DNA of 63,951 nucleotides, counting the filler, from Craspedostauros australis (Eukaryota), in NCBI GenBank assembly GCA_030167865.1. It is 12 parts of 12 records of this genome, joined end to end, with 100 filler letters (N's around TTAATTAATTAA, not from the genome) between each part and the next. Parts side by side here need not be neighbours in the genome. Positions count along the whole stretch, not along the records: positions 29,045 to 51,151 come from JALAGF010003939.1; 11 more parts are not named here. One strand, 5' to 3'. The notes below the pieces were generated by a model. It saw nothing but the letters and a program-made list of their open reading frames with translations, had not been told where the DNA came from and made no database searches. A program made the translations under genes and the position numbers. Every line of letters starts with the position of its first letter. Position 1 is the first letter of the stretch. Positions 31,328 through 43,659 of this stretch are shown piece after piece.

Positions 31328-33850
31328 TTCCACAGAAGCTGGAAAGACAGCACCAAGACTCCCACCGCCTCGATTCCATCAATTCATTCGCGTTGGTGTT
31401 GGTGGCTCATGCGGTCGATAGTCGGGAAACCCACAATCCGATGGCTTTCGCATCACGAAAGCGCATGCCGCTTCTTCTTCTGTGGCCTGCAGTTTTGAAG
31501 TTCAGCGATGTTGGTCAATGCCAAAAGACAAACGACGATGACGGTCACAGCATAACACAGCATATTACATCGCACAAATGGAAGTCCAGATAACTATTAT
31601 ATGTACAATAAGAGCAGAATCCGTTGAGATGAACCACGTGAGTGACCCTTGTTTCGTAGCTTCTCAGTTCACGGCGCTGCGGAGTTTGCAGTATGGTATG
31701 ATGCGTGTCGATGATCGTTGAGGAGTGGAGTGATGCCAATGGCGCTGTTCTCGTCTTTGGACTGTGCCGGAACGAGTGCCTCTCATGAAGGCAACTCGTT
31801 GCTCGCCGAGTATGGACCAGTCGCAGTACACCATCCAAGAGGGGCCAATGGAATCGACAGCAGCGAATGCGATGGCATGACTACGCCATGGCGAAGCGTT
31901 CGGCCACGTCGGGTTGGACATGGATTTGGACTCGAACTGCGTGCGACTCTGTGTTGCACTCACTGCGTTCGTTGGTCTCACGCATGCTGCTTCTCTTCTT
32001 TGCCATTCCATCTTGTTCCGCTCATCAACGGATCTGTTGCTTTGTGTGATGATGCCATCGTTGCGTTTCTTCGTATTTTGTTTGGTTTCCGAAAGATCAT
32101 CGAAGATAGGTTCAGTCACGGGAGTGGATTCCAATCGTGTTTCACAATGGTGTCAATCCGTCGATTCTGACGAACTTGTTTCGGCATCGTTTGGTGATCA
32201 GCATCGTTGCTATCAATGGAGGAGAGGTTTGGAGGTTGGTGACCAACGCAACGGCACAGGATGGCGTGACATGGCATGGCATACCATGGCCATGAGATGA
32301 ACGCGATGAAGGAGACGACGATGATACGCGACGATGCATGGAACAGTTTGACCATGAACATGGCCTTCCCTGCGCGAGGGTGCGAATACAGAAGGTGCAT
32401 TGAGCCGTCTGTGATAGCCGCATCACCCACGCCGTTCAACACCCAAGTTGCGTCAAGACCAGATGATGACACGAACATCTCCGCTCCGACCAACCACATC
32501 AATGATGGACCGCCCGAGTGTCCCGACATCAAGAGAAGTTGGGGTTTTGTTGTGATGCTCCCAACATCAGGTTTTGATGCGAAGGAATCAAACACAACCA
32601 TGCGTATGGTCTGAGTACGAGTGCGAATGCGAACGGAAAGAGGAGTGTACCACAACTGAAACAAGCATGGAGGACGCAATCATAGGCACACCCATTTCAA
32701 TGGTCAACTCATAATCTGCACAAACGGCAAACCCGAAACGGAGGTGCGAGCAACGACAACAAGTGAGGCCATCACTCACCCATCAAACACTGCCATCGCC
32801 GCCACCATCGCCATCGCCACCACCAAACAACAACTCCAGGCAAACATACCTGTCATCCAAGCAAGCCATCTTGCGAGATGTCATTCAGTGCAACCGAGGC
32901 CGGCGGAGCCTCTGAGAAAGTGCCACACACCGAGTTCTGGTTCCTGAAAACGGTCAAGAACGATGGGTTCTATGAGTTGAAGAAGAGAGTCCTGCAGGTC
33001 CCCAATCCTATGGAATTCAAGGACTTTGTGGGAGAGATGTCCACTCTGTATAGTGTGAATACTGAAATCAAGAATGCGCTCGACAATTTACTCCGTCACA
33101 CGATGACATCCGCAGATTTTCATATGCTCGCAAAGCAGGCAAGGGGTGATGACTCGGTGAGGCCTATGATGCCCTAGAGAATATTCAATGGCATCAAGCT
33201 TGATCCACTCTGCAGGAGCCGCGAGTTCTGGAAACCAGATCTGGATAAGGGGGAATTGGCAAAGATGCTAAATTGCAGCGCTCCGTCCAGGCAAACGACC
33301 CATTGACAACGAGAAAGAGGTCATCGAAGGCATCACAGAGACTAGCACGGACGCGATCGAAACTGTGACTAGTCCTCCTCATGATGATGGAGAGTGATGG
33401 GATCGGCGGCAGACTCAATAATGAATCGCTGCTTGCACAGCCATTGCATCCCACTTTTCGTGCACGAGAACATGAAGAGGGTGTCGGTGCAAGAAGCCAG
33501 TAGCCTGGGATGCGAAGTTGATCGAGGTACAGAAGACATGAAGACGGCACTTGTTGGAACATCAACGGAACGTACTTCCTCGTTGAATATATTAGTCTAT
33601 GTAAACGAATCAAGATGATTTTTGTGATCGATGATGTGCGCCACGCACGAGCTTCTCCACAACACTCCAACAACCACGTTTTCGCGCCGAAACTTGACAC
33701 GTGAACAGATCCGCATCATCCGACCTGCAAGATCCGAAATCGTTGTTGCGCCGAGTCGTTGTCCTCCTCATGAACCCACAAACATCCCAACTATTATACT
33801 ATTATTACATACAATACTCCTTTAATCGATAACTCATCGAGGAACCATAA

Positions 33851-34570
33851 ATGATGACACGTATCCGAACAGGAGTCCTGCTGGCCATCGCGACGATCAG
33901 CACGCCGTTGCTCCCATCCGCCCTCTCATTCACGGCTCGACCCAACACTGATGGCCAATCCAGGAATGCGTCATCTGCGCGAAGAGCGGCAGCTTCCTTC
34001 CAAGAGACCGACACCCCACCGCTCCTCAATGTCCCGACCTACTCCGTCGCGACCCTCAACGCCGATGGCACGACGAACATGAACATCCTCTCGTACGCCA
34101 TCCCCACGTCGAGCCGCCCCGACCGCATCTGGACGTTGGGCGTGTACAAGGGCACTTTGACCGAAACCAACGTCCTGCGCGAAGGCACGTGCGTGCTGCA
34201 ATTGCTGACAGAAGAGCATGCGAACCTCGTGCCATTGCTGGGCGGCACGTGCGGCCGCGACGTCGACAAGGCCGCCGTGTGTAGCAGCAAGTCGATGCCG
34301 TTCGTGGCGCTGCCGCAGTCCGATGCGCCGATGGTGCTGCCGCGATGCGGGCGGTACTTGCTCATGACGGTGGATATGCAGCAGGATGTCGTCGATGGTG
34401 GTTCGCACTGGATTTTGAATTGCAAGGTGGAACGCATGTGGGAGGTGGAGGATGGCACGGCGCCGCATTTGATGGGTGCGAAGCTTCGGGAACTCGGCAT
34501 CATTTCTCCTGTTGGTCGCGTGTCGGATGAAGCCAAGGAGGAGATCCTTGCGGAGCTTGGATTGGAGTAG
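33851..34570 (+). CDS. Flavin reductase-like (FMN-binding split barrel) protein with signal/plastid presequence
   Basis: PTYSVAT...NMNILSYA...CVLQLL...GGTCGRDVDK...DGGSH, with a hydrophobic N-terminus ending ALSF. Confidence 0.85.
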   Translation: MMTRIRTGVLLAIATISTPLLPSALSFTARPNTDGQSRNASSARRAAASFQETDTPPLLNVPTYSVATLNADGTTNMNILSYAIPTSSRPDRIWTLGVYKGTLTETNVLREGTCVLQLLTEEHANLVPLLGGTCGRDVDKAAVCSSKSMPFVALPQSDAPMVLPRCGRYLLMTVDMQQDVVDGGSHWILNCKVERMWEVEDGTAPHLMGAKLRELGIISPVGRVSDEAKEEILAELGLE

Positions 34571-34759
34571 GAGATTTGCGGGTGTGAATGCAAGTATGGC
34601 GCTAGCAAGGAAACAGAGAATTTGATATTACTTCTTGACAAATGCAGTACTTCTATGCTGTTTTATTGGTACTAGTCACTGATCTCGCATTCTATCATTC
34701 GATACCAAGGGTTCTGAATGCACGGTGGTTTCCGATCATTATATTCCATGTGAATGAGT

Positions 34760-35856
34760 TCAATCGTAATTCGGCAACAGTGACGACGCCCGCTCTTTCT
34801 TGCGCAGCTTCATCGACGTCTGCGGCGCAGGAATGGCCCGAAACGAGTCAGCGATGGAGGCCACCTGCTGATCGACTCCCTTGTTCTTCCACCGTGTCGC
34901 CGTGGAACTGCCGATGAGCATGACGGCCTGCGCCGATCCCTTCGGCACGGTGGCGATGAGCTGGGCCTTGCGCGGAATCTCGGTCTGTGTCGATTGCAGC
35001 AGGTTGGAGAATCCAATCTCGAGGATACGGTAATCGCCCCGCGTCGTGGAGCGCTTGATCTTGACGTCGGTGGGTTGGCCGTAAAAGGAGAAACGGCCCG
35101 TCGGTGCGAGGAGGTTGTCGATGAAGAAGGCATCCGGGATGTCCTGAATAGATCGGCCATCGACGTTCGTGGTGACGGCGAGGAAAGCGCCATCGCCCGT
35201 TTTGGCGTCGCGACATTCGACGTCGAAGAAGGATCCCGTGGCCAATGGCCATGGTGACGTGTAGCTGGCAAGCGCTGCCATGCGTCCGCCGTCGGGTGTG
35301 GCCAACAAGATTTCAGCGAGGACATCGCCGGAACGTCCATTGCGGGATACGTCGCTTCCGTCTCTGTGCGTGGGCGATGGCGTATTTGGTGTGTGAACGT
35401 CGGTGGATGGTTTAGACATGAAAGTGCAAGTGGAAGAATACATGCTCGTGGAGCCAACAGATGAATGCGCTTCTCGCTATCACTGTCATCGCTGTCGCCG
35501 TCGTTGTGAACACACCCAACGCATGCGTCATGATCACATGTACGCATACACTACACTCACCTCAGCACGACGCCCGTCTCAGGTCGGCTTTTGCCTGCCT
35601 GCGAACTGACACCCATGTTACCGCCGGCATCCATACCGGTGCGCAAGAAGTTGTCAATGTTGAGCGAGTCCTGGACGGCCGCCGCCGCATTGGCCTCTTG
35701 CGCATTGCCAATCAGTGCACCGCATGTTGCGGCCATTCCCGTCAGTACATCACGTCTGCAAGGCGATGCCAATGCTTGGACGCTGATCGCGTTGTGAGTA
35801 ACGACGATGAAACAAACGCCGATGGTCTGCATCAAGGGAGGGGCTGCGAACTTCAT
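34760..35856 (-). CDS. Thylakoid-lumen PsbP-like protein; exons 35856-35561 and 35363-34760
   Basis: Signal peptide, RRDVL twin-arginine and ANA cleavage site. The GTGAGT...CAG intron 35364-35560 joins in frame (VVLR-DGSDV). The C-terminus ends ...RWK...IADSFRA, as in PsbP-fold proteins. Confidence 0.7.
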
Positions 35857-36456
35857 AGTTGTGCGATGGGTGTCTTGGCCCATGTTGGAGAGTGTAGTTT
35901 GGAACTTGTACGGAGAGGTAGAGAGGTAATATGTTTCGATTGGATTATGATGATCCGCGTGAGAACGGCGAGCGGCGAAGGGTCCTGGTTTTGTGATCGG
36001 TTCGGCATCCACCATGAGAGTTGTGTCATCGGTGGTTCGTGTGGATTGACGGTGATGGGGCTGACGTGTGGCAGTTGAAAAGATACCATTTTCGGAGACC
36101 TCGTGAATTTGATCTGCGCTGGCAAAACGTGTACAGGACGAGCTCTCGATTGATCGGAAGAGCGCGTGCCAAACCGACGCCAACCATCACTCAACCACAC
36201 AAAGAAACGCACGGAGCAGACCTCCGACAAACCAATTTCATTCGTATCATCATTCAAATCACCATCATTGTCGACAGCAGCGTCGACAGCAGCAAACGCT
36301 CACAGTTGCATCCGCAATCATCGACTCACACTGCTCACAACCACAATAGTCTCCTATTCTATTGTTGCATACGAACAATTCAGTCCACACCAGCCCTATC
36401 CAGTTCATTCCAATCCATTTGCAAGTGAGCATGCTGATGAGCAATCTTCGATTTCG

Positions 36457-39400
36457 ATGAAGTCCAACCTCTCAAAGCGAACGATCGCATTCTGCGCAGT
36501 CTGCTCGTACTCCATCCCATCATCGGATGCCTTTCTGCAAGTGCAGACATCCCTGCACACAACAGCTTCAGCCTCTCTAGCACCATCGCCAGCATCACCA
36601 GGGATCAGTTGCCATGTCCCTCAGCATATCGCTCTCGATGGCGCAACTGTATTACAAGCAGCGTCGACGCATGATGAGGCAGAAGGCACCAGCATCCATG
36701 CGAATGTTGGCTGCTCTGAGGACATCACAAGATCAGATATCACAGCACGATCGAACAATAGAATATCACAATCCACACCATCCGCACCACCACTATCAAT
36801 AGCAACGACCACAGCAACGTCAGAAATCGATCGACCAGATGCATCACGCAGAAAAGCCCTGCAAAGCATACTGGCATTGGCAGCCACATCCTCGGCCGCC
36901 GCGATTGCCTTCCCATCACCTGCTCATGCTGGCAAACCGGAGTTGGATCGCAGCACGGGATCGCTCTTCGTCCCCAAAGCAGAGATGCTGTCCGGAGGCA
37001 GCTCCGAGACCAGAGGCATCGCCATCACCAAATCCACCAACAAGCTCAAGCCGGGCCAGGCATTGCAGACGGTCTACGAACCACGCTTCATCGCCTACCT
37101 CTCGCGCTTTCTCATCAAGTACGACCCGGCGGCCAACGCGTACTGGGCCAAAACGTACGATGCCGACAAAGTCGAGCAGAACTTCGCCTCGTTTGCGGAA
37201 TCGGTCGAGATTGGATTGGCGGACTACTTCGTCGGTCCCTACGGCAGCTACTCTTCCCTCGCCGCGATGAAGGCCGGCGTGTCGGCGAAGGTGCCGGCCA
37301 AATCCGCCCGCGTCGATGCCGAACCGACTCAGTTCTGGTTCCTCGACAAGATCCTCTTCTCGTCGCCCGTCAAGGAGTCCAAGAAGGCCATCATCCGAGA
37401 CAGCTACTCGAAGCAGGGCATCCTCAATCTCTACACGCTGCTCAAGGCGCGCTACACGACGCAATCGGAGAAGCGCCAGCTCGCGATTCTATTCTCCTTC
37501 ATCTCCAATCCCAAACTGCAACCGACGGCCGAGATCCGGGCGCTGCTCAGCGAGGCCGACAACTGTTCCATCCAAACGATCGCATTGACGAAACCGCCGT
37601 TGATCAATTCCACCGAAGTCACATCGCGCACGAGCAGCCGGCGCGGTGGCGGATACTCCATCAGCAATCCACCCACCGTGCAGATCGAGGCGCCGGCCGC
37701 GTTGGGCGATTCCTACAAACCAGCCAAAATCAAGCCCATCCTGCGTCCCACATCGCGCGTCCTCAAGATCGACGTCGTCGATGGGGGACAGGGCTACGCG
37801 GAACCGCCCGACGTCGTCGTCATGTCGCCCAACGTCGTGCGTCCTTGTTCGGCATGCGCCATCCTGGACCGCGAAGGTCAGGTCGAGAGCGTGCTCGTGC
37901 TCGACGCGGGATACGGCTACGACGAACCACCGCCAACGGTCACGATCGCTCCACCCAAGAAGAAACGTGTCGACGAGACGGTGCAGGCAAAGGCCATCGC
38001 GCAGTTGGAATACGAGATTGCGGACATTGAGATTGTGTCGGGCGGCAACGGGTACTCGTCGTCGGAGCCGCCCAAAGTGACGATCCAACCCGTGCGACAA
38101 GATCCCGATTGGTTCGTCGAGGATCGCGAATCGCGCGAGTCCGCATCCTTCGGCGCCACCATCGCCACGTTCCAATCGCCGACGGGCCAAGTCCTGCCCA
38201 CCTACGAACGCCCCGATACGCGCATTCCAGTCCGCCGCATTCAGGCCGATCCGCAAAAGCTGCTGCCGAACACCATACGCCCGCAGCTCAACGCGCAAGG
38301 ATATTACGAAATTCCCGGCTTGGCCGAGTACCCCACCGTCTCGAACGTCCCACTCCAAAAGTACCGCGCGTTGGATCCCATCTTTGGCAACATCGGCAGC
38401 GTGCCCATCACGAAGGGCGCGTTGGAGCTGTCGTCGAGCGAGTACGCGCGATTGGCGTTGAGCGGCGGCGTTTGCACCGTCATCGTGCGCACGGCATTGA
38501 ATCCGTTGGAATTGATCAAGACGAAGCAGCAGTTGGGCAACGACGCGGAATTGTTGGAGTATGCTGTCGAACAGCGCATGCCTGCGACGACGACGACTCA
38601 GCAAAATGAGGAATTGGGCGCATGGGAGTTGATTGGGGCGTTGGTCAAGCTGCGCGGTCCGTTGTCCTTGTTCCAAAGCTCCGACATTACGTTTTTGGCA
38701 TCCGTCATGTTCGGATCGTTCGGATTTGGTGCGACGGAGCTATTCCGTCGATCCTTTACACTGGCATTCTTCACGCAAGGTGGTGGAGAACTGTTGACCG
38801 AGATCATTCTGTTGTTGGCGGCGGCGGTGGCCACTATTTTGACGAGCGCGATTGCAACTCCATTCGAGGTACGAACCTGTGAATACCATGCAAGGGAGCT
38901 GTTGCGTCATGAAACGTAAAGCAATGAATTGAAATGACATGAAACAGCCGCCTCTCACACCGTTGCATCGTATTGTTTGCTCCTTCCAACTCAGGTATTG
39001 CGAGTCCGCAGCATGGGACTGTTGGAATCGAAACGGGTTCCAATCGTGCTGGATGAATTCTTGGAAGAAAAATCCAGCAATAGCCAGCACCCACAACAGC
39101 ATCAACATCATCAACAACAACGGCGACGCCTCAAAGACTTGTTGCCGCTATGGGCCGGCTTCGGACCTACCGCATCGCGCGAACTGGCCTTCGCCATTCC
39201 CAAATTCCTGGCATTCGACATCTTCGCACGGTTGCTGGCCGGATTCGCCAATGCGCAGGCCGATTCGGGCGCTTTGCCCGTGCAGGTGGGCGTGGGAACG
39301 GAGGGGCTGATCATCTCCGCGCTGGCAGGTTCGTTGGCGGGCGTGGCCGGTGGCATCGTGTCGCATCCGTTCGATCTGATCCTGACGTACACGTCGTCGT

Positions 39401-39645
39401 CGAAGGACTCGGATTGGCGTCAGATCGTGAAGGATCTGCTGGGCCGCGATGGTGGATTCGCCAATCTGTTCCTGGGTCTGGCGCCGCGCTTGACGTTCTT
39501 CATCCTGGTGATCGGGTTGCAGTTCTTTCTGTACGATTACTTCAAGAGCCTGCTGAATGTGGGGCAGGATGATCTGAGTCTCGTGCTCGATGTGTTCTAC
39601 GGCGTGCGGCAAGGTCTTGTGGAGATGGCGAATGCGCAGATGTGA
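36457..39645 (+). CDS. Mitochondrial-carrier-family protein with long N-terminal extension and plastid presequence; intron 38869-38994
   Basis: Three carrier signatures: NPLELIKTKQQ, TPFEVLRVR (across the GTACGA...CAG intron) and HPFDLILT. The N-terminus has SSDAF and SRRKAL...PAHA. Confidence 0.85.
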
Positions 39646-39759
39646 TTGCTGGGCAGTATTTTTAAAGTAAGATACTTAGAGCAGGCAGCTGAGAGAGATT
39701 AATCCCACACTTGGATAAGCTATGCTACGTTATGCTATTTCACATGTCTACCACATTTG

Positions 39760-40968
39760 CTATGACCTTGCACCGTCCATGTTGGGCCGCGGCGCTCTCC
39801 TCTGCCGTTTTGACCTGCGGCACATCCGGAGCACGCGATAGTAGCAATTGAGGATGGATCGCATGAACCGCTGCGCCGGCACGCAGAATGTCGTGGGCGA
39901 TGCCATGCGGCGCAAGATGATCTGATGCATCCAAATGAGGACCACCAACGCGATGGGGAGAACCCACTGCGGCGGATACCGATAACACAGCGCTACTATG
40001 AAGAGGGTGAGGCACGTGATCCACGCCACGCCCGCGCTGAGGATGAGCAGGAGGAAGTACTTGTAATTGCCGCCGAATTCTCCTGTGAAGTTTCCGTCGT
40101 TGTCGTATCCCACGCGTCCCGCGATGCAGCGGCCCAGCACGCTGCAATGATGATCGAAGTGGGCGACGCATCGTTGGCAGATGGGACAGTGGTAGTACCG
40201 CACGTTGTGCGGATCGCGTCGCCAGATCAAGCATTTGGTGCAGTACGTTGCGGTGGGTCCCGTGGTGACCGTGCCATCGACGTCCTTCATTGTCAAGTAG
40301 GGCACGGACGGACGCAGGGGAGCGCGTTGTGGATTCTCGGCGTCGTGAAGCAGTTCCAACCAGCCGCGAATCGGGATGGGCAGCGGAAAGCAGCCGTCGA
40401 CGCTGCGAGGCAAGACGCCGGGATCGGTCGTGAGGACGCAGGCCAGCATGGTGATGGCGAACGCCGTGAATGTGGTCATGACGATGACGGCCGTCCACCA
40501 GATGGACTGTTTGGCATCGGCGTTGGGGATGGAACGGTTGTCGTAGCCGCCCAGCACCACCAGCGTGCCACCGAAGGTGATGGACAGCATGAGGATGATG
40601 AGGCACGTGACCACGGTGATGCCGTTCATCGTCTCGTTGCGCAGCATTCTGTGTTTGGGCGTCAGCAACGGCGGCAGCACATCCAACATCATGCTGTCGT
40701 TGTCATCGTCATCGTCGTCAACGCTGACGTTGACATTGATACCTTTGCCACCATTCTTTGCAACCCTGTCTATCTCAACATCCTGCTGAGTAGATTGCGC
40801 AGACAGCGGACCATGTTCTGCATCTGCCGAGGGTTGGATGGATTCGTAGCCGCTGACGTCGTCCAGCAGGATCGTCTCCTGTTCGGAAGCCTTTGTTGCT
40901 TCTGCGCCGTTCTCATCATCATCAGCTGGTGCAGCCGCAGCGATGCTGGGCTCCTGCACTTGCGACAT
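39760..40968 (-). CDS. DHHC palmitoyltransferase
   Basis: TDPGVL, YCTKC, HCPICQRCVAHFDHHCSVLGRCI and GNYKYF motifs, with four TM segments. Confidence 0.93.
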   Translation of the reverse strand: MSQVQEPSIAAAAPADDDENGAEATKASEQETILLDDVSGYESIQPSADAEHGPLSAQSTQQDVEIDRVAKNGGKGINVNVSVDDDDDDNDSMMLDVLPPLLTPKHRMLRNETMNGITVVTCLIILMLSITFGGTLVVLGGYDNRSIPNADAKQSIWWTAVIVMTTFTAFAITMLACVLTTDPGVLPRSVDGCFPLPIPIRGWLELLHDAENPQRAPLRPSVPYLTMKDVDGTVTTGPTATYCTKCLIWRRDPHNVRYYHCPICQRCVAHFDHHCSVLGRCIAGRVGYDNDGNFTGEFGGNYKYFLLLILSAGVAWITCLTLFIVALCYRYPPQWVLPIALVVLIWMHQIILRRMASPTTFCVPAQRFMRSILNCYYRVLRMCRRSKRQRRAPRPNMDGARS

Positions 40969-41453
40969 GATTGCGTCGGTTGAGTTGGATTGGATTGGAT
41001 TGATACAATTAGATTGGCGCAATGTAATGCTATGCAATGCAATGAAGTACAAGAGCTATACTATTTTGATGATGCTTCTGGACACGCACTCTTGAGGGAA
41101 TGGCAAGAGAGAGATGATGCAGTGGATCCTTTCCCTCTTGTGATGTTTGTGGAGGCGCGAGTTCGCGCCAACAACACAAACAAGAAACAAACCACGAATC
41201 GTTCGGTTGGAGAATGCTATTGACTTAGCGCTTTGTTACTCGTGTATTTGCAGAATTGGTCCAAAAACAGATGAAAGAAATCATGATACGACGATTTCAA
41301 AAGAGCTAATGATACTAAACCCACGAAGGGAGACAGATCAACCATTCGTTCCTCCTACCCTACTTCCATGTTTCCTGCTGTTTGCGACGAATCAAACGGC
41401 AGAATGGGGTACTCTACTATTGCATTGCATTATACTATCATGTTCGGCAATCT

Positions 41454-42647
41454 CTACTTGCTGCTGCTGGCCAAGATGGCCATGGCCGACACTCCCACAC
41501 CGACACCCGCCGCAAAGCTCGCTGCCGCAAACGATCCAACCGACGCATCCTTCGCCTCCACGCTGCGCGATGCAGCCTGCTGCGCCGTCCGCAACTTTTT
41601 GGGCGCCGCCGCCACGATATCCAACGTCAGCTCATCGTTGAGGATATGGATCTTCGTGTTGGCCAGCATATCATCGAGAATGCCCAAGACCAGCCCGTAC
41701 AACGAGGCATGCATCTGCGCCACGAACTGCTTGCGCACGAACAGCGCATCCCACCATCCCAATTCCTCGTCGATGCCCGAATCCTTGGCGAATGCCACGA
41801 GCTGCTGCATGTCGACCTTGGATAGGGACGACGCGGCTTGCACGGCGCTTTGTTGCATCGCGCCATCATCGGCGGCGTCAATGACGAACCGCAACTGATG
41901 ACCGCACACCTGCAACGCGAACGTTTGCGAGACGGCCGTGAGGATACGAAAGATGATCTTGATGCAGTTGGTGTAGATCTGTCGTTCCAACGCGTCGGGC
42001 ACCATGCTGAAGTTGATGGCCTTGTTGCTGATGAGCCGCTCGGCGACGTCCTCCAGGATCTTGTCGTCGATCATGGACTTTTCGGAGGCCGAAGAGAGGA
42101 AGAGCTTGCGCTGTGCTTGATGCGCATCGTCGTCGTCGTCGTCGTCTCTGTTCTGCTTGTGCAGACGGATCTCATGCGCCAGGAGGGTCGTGCCGTTGAT
42201 GGAGCCGATGGCGGAGTAGAAGGCGCCGATGGTGAGCTGGATGGTGGACTTGTAGATGCGGCGTTCGATGGAGTCGGGGATGCTGGAGATGTTGATGGTG
42301 GGGTCGTTCAGGATCTGCGTGACGAGCTCATCGATGTCTTCCTCTGGCACCGTGCCGCACCACTTGGGTGTTGGTTCTTCCTTTGTTGCTTCCTTCGGTT
42401 CTTCCTTTGCATCACACAGCGTGGCGGAACTGTCCTGCAGACACGAGGAGGATCCCGCAGCAACCAACAAGGTGGCGCCTGCGATGGCAAACGCAGACGA
42501 CGTGTTGGGCGTCGCACCAGCCTGTCCAGAAGCGCTGCTGCTGAATGCAGTGGCCAAGGATCGGTGGGAGGCCCTCGTCGCGACCATTTTGGTCTGCAGC
42601 TGCTTGGAAGCCAATCGCACGAGACTCGTCATGCTTCTCATCGTCAT
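41454..42647 (-). CDS. Hypothetical protein with probable mitochondrial presequence and internal repeats
   Basis: Arg/Ser-rich N-terminus, repeats INISSIPDSIERRIY and INFSMVPDALERQIY, a hydrophobic C-terminal tail, and GC3-rich codons. Confidence 0.75.
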   Translation of the reverse strand: MTMRSMTSLVRLASKQLQTKMVATRASHRSLATAFSSSASGQAGATPNTSSAFAIAGATLLVAAGSSSCLQDSSATLCDAKEEPKEATKEEPTPKWCGTVPEEDIDELVTQILNDPTINISSIPDSIERRIYKSTIQLTIGAFYSAIGSINGTTLLAHEIRLHKQNRDDDDDDDAHQAQRKLFLSSASEKSMIDDKILEDVAERLISNKAINFSMVPDALERQIYTNCIKIIFRILTAVSQTFALQVCGHQLRFVIDAADDGAMQQSAVQAASSLSKVDMQQLVAFAKDSGIDEELGWWDALFVRKQFVAQMHASLYGLVLGILDDMLANTKIHILNDELTLDIVAAAPKKLRTAQQAASRSVEAKDASVGSFAAASFAAGVGVGVSAMAILASSSK

Positions 42648-43659
42648 CGTTTGGTGCAGTCTGTTGACGTTGCGTTTGCAATTCCTTCGTGCCTGCTGCC
42701 ACTCTCTTGATGTTGTTGATGTTGATGTTGTTGTTGTTGTGAGTATCACCCTGCTGCTCCCAGAGAATGTCCACCCCATCACAGACAGAACGGAATCGAA
42801 TCAGCAAGGGAAGATCTTGCATCTCGCGCAGCCGAACGTGGTCGTGTCCACAGTGATGATTGCGAACATTCGCGAAGAGAACACAAGAGAGAAAACGAGA
42901 AAGATGTCTGAGAATCGCAATGTGGTCCGATTGGTCGCAACATAGTTAGATCTGTGCAGTCGATGGAGTCGGATGCGAGGGAAGTCCGAAATACCGTTAC
43001 TTGAACGGTTCACACAGTGACTGTTGACATCGTTGTTTTATCCATCTTGCTCCCTTGTGTCAAGAAGACGTTTCGTATCTTTGATATTTATGCTACTGAT
43101 GTCGCAGGCCACCTATGATTGGTGGATTGGGTGTGTTCTCTGCAAGGAGAGGGACATCATGACGGGCTTAATTTCGGCGACAGCGAACCAAGAAGTCGTG
43201 AAAGAGAGAAGAGCGTGTGTGGCGTGAAGAGTCATGATGGTGATGGATTGTGCACGTATTGCGACCGATTGCGTGATTACTTTGGTTGTCCTTGTTTGCC
43301 TCCAGGCAGTCCGTTTGAGACACAATTTCTGGTTGACAAATTTCGGCAAGCCGTTGGTCGATCGCGTGTTGCGCTAACACGCTCGAGTGGCCAAATCATC
43401 TCTCTTGTGGGTGCGCAAATGGTGGCCAGAAATCTCCACATGTGACATCGCAAAAATCGGCCATTGATCACAATTCAAGAGTCAATCGAAGAGAGGGCGA
43501 CCAACAAACTCAAACGGAAAACCTGGAGTATTGCCGATCCGAAGCCTCTCTTCTTGGTGCTCTCTTTGTGCCAGAGTGGCTGACAGTTGACGGTTGACGG
43601 TTGACTGTTGACGGTTGACAGAGTGGTGGGCAGACTTGATTGATTGACGGGGCCGCATC

